64,000 bases of DNA from Bigelowiella natans CCMP2755 (lineage: Eukaryota; Protista; Cercozoa): assembly GCA_000320545.1 (NCBI GenBank), contig ADNK01000697.1:62001-126000 (forward strand), written 5' to 3'. The notes under the pieces were generated by a model. It did not search any database and had not been told where the DNA came from. It was given only the letters and a program-made list of their open reading frames with translations. Both the position numbers and the translations under genes were made by a program. How positions within the stretch are numbered: the stretch's first letter is position 1; each line of letters opens with the position of its first letter. Shown one piece after another: positions 56,012 to 64,000 of the stretch.

Positions 56012-56434
56012 TACAGGTATTAGGAGGAAAACTCTCAAGGGTCATTCGCATTGTCGTTCTTGGTACTTTTTAATCATGCACATACGTCTGCAAGGAAGGC
56101 ATAATAAACTTTGCATTGACATATCTGAAAGGGTACGCGTGTGCTTGGGTGGGGCACTTCTTCTTCGAGAAAAACAAACCAGTAAGTAATTGCTAGAGCG
56201 ATTAGTTTTCCGGTGAACTTATACGACATGTGTCAGGCAACATTTATCTATCCTACTTACTCACTTCTTGGGGACTTCACGATGTGCTTCCGAATCTTCA
56301 CGGTCGTTTCACTTCGATTCTCTTTTGCCGTGCATGTATTGGTGCGATACATTACTAATTCTAAACTATTGTAATCGATGTTCATCATACTCATCTTGAA
56401 GGGAATGGAACCATTGGATCCCAGTAGCAGCTAA
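54871..56434 (+). CDS. DUF962 / Mpo1-like membrane protein
   Basis: Spliced KPYNSFEEFYPHYFKEHQ|NPTCRLLHIIG|TS...GYACAWVGHFFFEKNKP|ATFIYPTYSLLGDF is the DUF962 signature. Confidence 0.88.
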
Positions 56435-56699
56435 TGAATACTTTCTTCTTCTCAATGGAGAGCATCTGGTATTGGAGTTGCGCGTCTTCTTTTTTTTGAG
56501 TGCGGCAAGTAAATGTACAAATTGCGTGATTCATAACGAGTCTAGACAAGCAAATTCATTTTATGGAAACTCATCATGGTTAGCACGATGTTCGAAGATT
56601 TATGCATCTCGCAATGAATCTACTAAATTATGCTTGTTTCACCTGAAACTATATTCGCGTAGCTTATGCTATCATTCATCACACAAGGGCGTGCTAAAA

Positions 56700-57300
56700 C
56701 GCATTGAAATGATATTCTAGTAGAGCAGCTGGCGATGTGCGCTACGATGTGCCACGTTAGCATCGCGTGCATGCCATGTATATACATGATAGGGACACTA
56801 TATGCACTGCTAGACGACTACATTTATCAACCACACTACGCAGTGTGAATGCACTTATTAATAAGACGACAGGCCATGGAGAGTAACACAATGGCCACAT
56901 TGCTATGTGTTTCATGCTAGCATGCTGCATGGCCCACGAGACAGATTTTGCACATCAATTGCAACATTTTCAATTGTCATCCTAATGCATGTAGTAGCTC
57001 TTGCAAGAGCTGTGCAAACTGTCTCTGCACCTATACACCTACATGTTTGTACCGCTACACTTGCACGAAGTACTGCACTTGTGGACGGCGGGTTCGATGC
57101 TCGATGCATGCATGCACGATCGATTAAAAGTACGCAGCAGCTGCTGCGCATTTACACATGCATCATGTGTGCGTTGAATACCTGGCAATGCAATTTTAGA
57201 TGTTTGTGCTAAGACGAGAGCTAGTGAGCTAGCTACGATGACACCATGCTACACAGTGTTCTCCGATTCTACACTATTATGTCTATTATTGCACACTGTT
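56700..57300. other. TG/CA-rich tract downstream of the DUF962 gene
   Basis: catgctagcatgctgcatgg, gatgcatgcatgcacg and gagctagtgagctagct. Confidence 0.6.
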
Positions 57301-58564
57301 GGAGTGAATAAATGCAACGTAATGAAATTACTCCTGCTTGCTATCATTGAATCCGCGCTCTTTATGGCCCCGCATCTTGAGACAATAAGCCACCGCAGAT
57401 ACAGCAAACACAGCCCTACAAGAATTTAAAAAAAAAACACGTCAATAGCCCTTTCTTATATAAATAAAGCAACGCAATATTCCAGTTGATGTTAGCATAA
57501 TTCTTGAATATTTACCATGAGAAGCATAACAAATCTGCAAAGAAGTTAGTCCGATCGACAGACTGCAAGATTCTCTGGCATCATCATACAGAAGAGGAGA
57601 AGTATTAGTGAAAGAACAACCACCATGTGTTAGCAGTGAGGAGGAAATATACAATAGAGAGCGCTCTTGGTTTAGAGAAAGCCATTTGGCCGCATAATAA
57701 TACCTTGCATGATTTCTTAGCGAAAAGGTTTTTAATCTTTTCCTCCTAAGCATTTCATGATAGAATTGATTGTTATGAAATGCCGTTGCTTGTGTGATAA
57801 ACGCTAACAACCTGATCCATGCCTCGTTTGAAGTCAAATAAAGAGCTTAAGACACTCCTGCATGCAGCACATGGTGTACAATGCAACGAATTAGCTGGAG
57901 AGGTGGGGATAGTTTATACGTTCACCATTGTGAAAAGAAGTTTAATACCCGATTGGATATAAGTCTCGAATGTGGTTGAGCGCATGCTGTCTAGCTACAG
58001 AAGCTGAGAACACATCATCGCAAAACCTCGAGCAAAATGTACCCTTTTCCTGATCCTAATATGATAAGGAGGACAAGGGTGAACCTGGTGATGAAACATA
58101 GACAAATTGTACTACCCCTTTCTTGCTTGAGCATTCTCTGAGCATTCGATGCCGAATTCTCTGAGGATGCACTCTCTTTTCGAAGTCGTTTGCTGTCGAC
58201 TTTTAGAGAAAAAGAAGTGAAATCAATGTGGTTTTCACACTGCGACCTAATTTATTGCAGAATTGAGACTTTTAAACCCGCTCTTTTTGAACAGCATGTC
58301 GAAGAGAGAACATTCTTAAACTAAAAACTCCAAAGAATCTTCGGCCCTTGCTTGTGGGAGCTGTTAAGTCTGCCCACAAACCAAATGCATCCGTTTTAGA
58401 TCAGACGACAATATATTCTCCTCCGACTTCAAAAAAATTACATCTGAAATCCCGGATGAAGGTCTACCGATGCGGGAAAATGTCCTGTGATTTTACTACT
58501 GCGACAAAAGTGTAGTTGGAGAGATAAAAGATTCTTCACAGTTCGAAAGAAGAGGACCCCTAGC

Positions 58565-58864
58565 ATGAGCCGTGCATCTAGTCGAAGCACTAGTCGGAGT
58601 GGTAGCCGCACTCCTTCTGTGAGGCAATCGAGGCGTACTAGATACGCTGGTGAAACTACACAGGCCGATGATCTCAGAGACCTTCTCACCGCACGTGAGC
58701 CGGTTAAAATGCCACGTCTAGTCGCAGATGATGATGTTTCCTAAACCTGTCTTTCCCCCTTCTTTCTATAGGTTCCAAGTGGACATGAACGTGTATTTAT
58801 TATGCCTTCAAGAGCTGGTGAAAATGACGAGGTTAAAGACCAAGAGGTTACTTTACCATCTTTT

Positions 58865-58906
<42 letters not shown>

Positions 58907-60322
58907 TATACCACCGACTTTAACAATGAGTATGCTCGTACTGTAACTCCTTTCTGAACATATCAGCCTTTGAAGAAAGCAGATATCGTTGTTATCCATG
59001 GACTCAAAAAAGCAGTGGATTATAATGGGAAGAAAGCGGTAAGAGATGACAAAGAAAGAGTGCTATTTAGAACTCTAAAAAACGGCATGGCAATTGAATT
59101 ATACTATGACCACACCCCCCTCGTTCGTTAATTCGTTTCACAAATATTGAAATTTCGTGATGTCTTCATTAATGCTATCGCCCCCTTCGTCACGCCACAG
59201 ACAATCCAAGGCGAACTCAGCGAAGATGGACGCTATTCATGCAAATTAGAAGGAGTCGGAAGATTAGTAAAAATCAGGCCTGAAAACCTTCGCAAGTTTG
59301 ATGAGGCGGACGAGGAAACCGAGCTTGATAGGCTGCGACCAGCTAATCTTGTATGCCTAGATCGTAAGTTTGAAGCAGTTCAGGATGATGCAAAATTTGA
59401 GAACGGAATTAGATGCGCCTGTGGTGAAGCGTATGATACTAAGACAGGGAAACGCATTTTTGCGTATGGTTATGGCAAGAAGCTCAAGGAAGTTATTAAT
59501 AAAGTCCAAAGCAAGGTGAATAAGAATCGTAAGGATTACATCCTTCTAAGTAAACACTGGAATGGCACTTGCCGTATAATTGATGCGGAGCTTGAGATGA
59601 AATTCATAGATAAGGAGGAGGAGATTGTTTGGATCCCAAAAGACGAAAACATAACTGTTGTCGTCAACACACCGAAAAGGACACTGCCTCTTTTCCAGAT
59701 GGAGCCTGGATGGGCCCTCTCTGAGGTCGTCGAACGATTGGAACTTAAGTACAGGATACCAAAGGAATGCGTTGAGCTTAAGTCTGAAAAGGGGCAGGCA
59801 ATCAATTCCAATAGCCCCATATCTATGTATCTTCCAAGACTTCCAAGAATAGGGGCAAAAGTAGTGAAATTCAACGCGTTCTTCTCTGTTCCGTTTTTTT
59901 ACGTCTCTACCAGCTCGTGGAATTGCAGAGCCATTCGCCTAGAGAGATCTTCAAGAGTAAGAGAATTGCAATTTGAATGCAAAAGAGGATTTGAGGTAAG
60001 CAACACTACTACTGCTACCTCCCCTACTCGATGAAGATTAGACAGGATGAGAGATTGAAGGACATGTTGTAGCGAAGAAGAAGAAGAACAAGAATAAGAA
60101 CAAGACTGTCAGTTCAAAAAAAGTTTTAATGACTATGTTGCTTGGGATATTCCCAGTATCACGCATATAGATTTTATGATAAATATGCTGGCAATATCTA
60201 TCATCCATGACTGGATAGATATGTTACGTTATAGAGTCTGTCCGCCTTCGATGCGATGACGGGCTGAGTACTCTAATAATCATGCAACATATATTACAAA
60301 AAATATCGAGTTGAAGCTCACT

Positions 60323-60409
<87 letters not shown>

Positions 60410-62463
60410 TATTCCAAACTATTATATTGTCTTTGACCTGCTGTATTCTATGGTGTTTGGTATTGGGTAGGAGTTGAAGGGACACATGCCACGAGATTTG
60501 GTGATCGTCAAGGGTAAACGTAGCGGGCCTAAAATCACAGAGAATCCTCTGCAAACACTTGAACAAGTAATAGTAGCAGTAGTAGTAGCAGTAGTGATAG
60601 TGATAGTAATAGCAGTGTGTGGAGTAGGAAAAGAACAGAGACCAGCAGCAGTAGTAAGTAGTAGAGCTCTTCTGAACACTAGTAAGTAACTAACTATATA
60701 TACCATCGTTTTGTTATTCTAGGTCGGGGTGGAGGCCGAAGACTCGCTGTTCGTTTATAGTTTGCGCTTAGGAAAGAATTACCGGCTGCGCGTCATGGGG
60801 ACGCATAAAGGATCAAAAGCAAAAGCGCTCAGGGCAGCATTTTCTGAGGCCGATACCATTGCAACTATCAAAGACTTCGTTGCGGAAAAGGTATTCGGAA
60901 TAAAAGAAGGCGATCAACGCACTACGGCGGTGAAAGAAATGCAGATCATTGTCCATTCAGAAGCTACCAGGCAAACATCTTTAGCTTCGCCTCCGTTATC
61001 CTTGGTGGGTGATTGAGAATCAACATGAGGGGGGGGGAGGAGGGCATATATTGGAAATATGACCACTAATTAGTATTTACAGGGGTGCCAATAATTAGTC
61101 TTTCGGAGAAATAAAATCCACATTCAAACGTGATCGCTACTCACTACTTCCGATCTTCTTTCTTCGTCTTTCTAATGACGAGCAGATATGCTCTTAACCA
61201 TTATTTTATTCTTCTCACGTCACCACCTGCCTGCTTTCTTTACAGATGAAGATCAAGCCTGAAGTCGGTAAATATAGCTACAAAAGCTTTTTATCAAGCC
61301 TCAACACCCAAGACGCTGCGTGGTTTCAGAAGGATTTCTTAGAAAATGAGGTGCCTCAACTAGAGGACCTCAAACTGATCACAAAGACAGAGATCTATGA
61401 CGCTTGTAAAAGCAGGCTGCGTACCAATCGTATCTGGACGGCTGTGAAGAAGACTTTGGAGAAGACTGAAACTAAACCAAAGCAAGAAGAGAAGGGGGAG
61501 ATCGGAGGCCACCTTGCACACGTGTATGGACGATGGGAGAATGCTATCCCTCATGAACCGTATCGCAACTCAAGCTTCCTTGCCAACGAATGCTTCGAGT
61601 CAGGAACTACTCTGCATGTCATTTCTACTGGTCCGATTTCCATTCGTATCATGAATGACAAGAAGATTTTGGGTACTGTTGTCGTACGTGCCAACGTACG
61701 TGGCCAAGAGTTATATGATGAAGTTGCGATGCTTCTCTCTAAGACTGCTGCTGCTGCTGCTGCTGTATCCCCTGATAGCAACAACATTCTGCTACTCGCT
61801 CCGGATCGAAGGGTGATCGATCCTTGGGGTTACATCTACGACTACGGCATTGGCCAAAATCAAAACAAAATCGTGGAAGTTGATCTAAACAATGAGGTTC
61901 CCACCACTGACCGCCTCGGTCACCCATGGCTTCTTTCTTCAAACCTCAAAATTAGCAGACCTCAATTACCAACAGGAGAGGGCGAAGGCAAGAGCATGAC
62001 AGTCTTCATTCAGAAGTCAGAAGACACCTCAAGCATTCAAGTATGGACGAAAGAAACCATAGAAAGTCTCAAGTATAAGATCTGGAAGGTTACTTCCGTG
62101 CTTCCTGAGATGCAACTCTTAAGCTATGGAGGGAAGCAACTTAGTAGCGAGGTAGGAGGGAAAACTCTTCAAGATTACAATATAACCGATGGGTGCACAT
62201 TGCAATTTGCATCGAAAATAATTGGCGGATCGATGAAGATTTTTGTGAAAGCATTAACCGGAAAAACCACCACTCTCGAAGTTGATAACTCCGACACAAT
62301 CGAGGTTGTCAAAGTTAAAATCCAAGACAAAGAAGGTATTCCACCAGATCAACAACGTTTAATATTTCTTGGAAAGCAGCTCGAGGATGGTAGAACGCTT
62401 CAAGATTATAGGATCCAAAATAAATCTGTGCTCCATTTGGTTCTACGTCTGCGTGGGACTTGA
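58565..62463 (+). CDS. Multi-ubiquitin-like-domain protein: SH3/KOW-like N-module, about 5 divergent UBLs, a SAM-like insert and a terminal near-canonical ubiquitin ending LRLRGT
   Basis: [17 protein letters not shown]|[30 protein letters not shown]. ORFs 59147-60034 and 61246-62463. By hand alignment the last 76 aa match canonical ubiquitin at 62/76 positions. Confidence 0.8.
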
Positions 62464-62499
62464 TGTGTGCGACGTACGTGATATTGTTCTTAATTTTAT

Positions 62500-63350
62500 T
62501 TTCTAATTCTAACACATATGTAGCAAATATGCTGCATCATGAAGCTCGATTCTCCACTCTGTGTTGTTTGTCCTGGCATTGCTTTGGTAGCATCTGACTT
62601 ACAGCAGATTCTTGCTTCTAAGTTACGTGCATGCGATGCATCTACGCATCGATTACTATCTATTCTTAATGATGTGATATATTCATGCATTCGACCCAAT
62701 AAGTGGGGCTTTCCTTGCTGCCTACCGCAGCTGTGCATTGTTGCCTCATAGCACTAATCTAGCTAGCTAGGGCGTATATCTCTCTCACATGTGAAGTGGC
62801 GTAGTGGCGTTGCAAATTGCAATACCTGCGAGCTGCTGCGCGCTGCTAATTGCGATCTAGTAATAAGCATGTATACACATTCAATTCTAGCTGGAGACTC
62901 ATGCCATGATGCATCATTGAAATTAACAGCATGCCCGATTGCACTTCCAGGCATGCTAGCATGTGCAAGTGCAATTGCGTGCACACATGTATGCGGGCAG
63001 CACGTAGCACAGTGCATTTGAGATGCTCTTGTCAGGCTGCGTGTGCGCATCTGCATGCAGCACACATTATTTTGTCCTGTCGACAAGCGCGCCAACTATC
63101 TTTAGCGCAATGCAATGACATCATGCTACAGGGGTATCGACATTAGATACTTTAATTTATTGCACCTCCTCATCACCATCTAGCCATGATCGAGCTGTGC
63201 TGCATTTCAACCTGCCTCGTAATTATTAATCGCGATTTACATTCCTAGATTCATACATGCACACACATCTACAACTGTATATGTAGAAAAGTATTTAATT
63301 ACAGGCACAACCGGCTTGCTAGCTTGTGTACGATAAAATATCACTGTTTT
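62500..63350. other. TG/CA/CTAG-rich intergenic tract (convergent gap)
   Basis: ggcatgctagcatgtgcaagtgcaattgcgtgcacacatg and tctagctagctagg. Confidence 0.65.
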
Positions 63351-63442
63351 ATTTAATACACGTTGCTGTAGCGACCATGACAGGAAGTCCTTACAAACAT
63401 TAAATTACGATATAAATGTTTCATCGGAGCAGATTTACGCAT

Positions 63443-64000
63443 TTACGGAGACGCAATTTTCTGAGCAGTTTTACAAAAGGCACGAGCGTCGAGTAGCTTC
63501 AACCCGATGACCCCCTTGATGTCTCCAGGCTCTAAGTCAGATACGTTGCTGAGGTTCTCCGCCAGACCGATATCTGTTGGGATGAAAATACTCAGGAGTA
63601 GAAGAAATATCCAAAAGACGAAGAAGACGCACAGATGATGGGATGGCACTTTACGATAAAATCTACGACAGAATAGATCTCAAGTGGAGAACAGAAGTAG
63701 TTTCGCAGCCATGGCATACGTAGCACGAACGCACCTCTTAGATGTGTATACATTCGATTTGGGTTGATTTTACGATCTGGACTCCGACGTTTCAAATCCT
63801 TATAATGAGTAATAATAATAATAATAATATACAATATCATTCATACTGAACATGGACAATTCGAGCAAGCTTTCAGACATTTCTCTCAACGTCACCCACC
63901 ACTCTTATAAATATTCACGAATGGTGTTGTTCTCGCCTATACAAGTTTATCCATCTCTTCAGGCCACCCAATTGTCGTGGTAGTTATTGCTGACCTCCAG
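63443..64000 (-). CDS. 3' end of a spliced gene, possibly ending in a SAM-like helical module (partial)
   Basis: Terminal exon DIGLAENLSNVSDLEPGDIKGVIGLKLLDARAFCKTAQKIASP*, with further exon-like segments upstream. Confidence 0.4.

Noticed and set aside
1-64000. CRISPR arrays, tRNA/rRNA genes, intact transposase or reverse transcriptase ORFs
   Set aside because: No regularly spaced repeats, recognisable structural RNA motifs or DDE/RT motifs were seen by eye. A covariance-model or HMM scan was not possible.

Overview
Intron-rich eukaryotic nuclear DNA, probably cercozoan/chlorarachniophyte-like. The clues are a GG-S-M ubiquitin junction and a putative bipartite leader; this assignment is inference. 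I read about 15 spliced genes by hand: a CHD-like chromodomain protein with a degenerate SNF2 lobe (+), an ankyrin-repeat protein (-), a membrane-anchored purple acid phosphatase (-), an MFSD1-like transporter (+), a secreted ependymin-like protein (-), Yos1/IER3IP1 (-), a basic-motif/PAS-like protein (+), isovaleryl-CoA dehydrogenase (-), an extended DPH3 (+), a C2-PTEN (-), a SOS1-like Na+/H+ antiporter (+), an unknown acidic protein (-), a DUF962 protein (+), a multi-ubiquitin-like protein (+) and a partial gene (-). Many introns are packed with microsatellites, so most ORFs in the supplied track are artefacts. The most striking signal is non-coding. All nine intergenic gaps that follow a gene 3' end are depleted of TpA and rich in TG/CA/TGCA/CATG, and in the strongest tracts nearly all surviving TpA lies in CTAG. 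The five head-to-head promoter gaps lack this pattern. It resembles a localized 'reverse-RIP' (TA->TG/CA) mutational footprint, possibly from an undescribed DNA-modification or editing system acting downstream of genes. Exon boundaries and counts are hand-derived and approximate.
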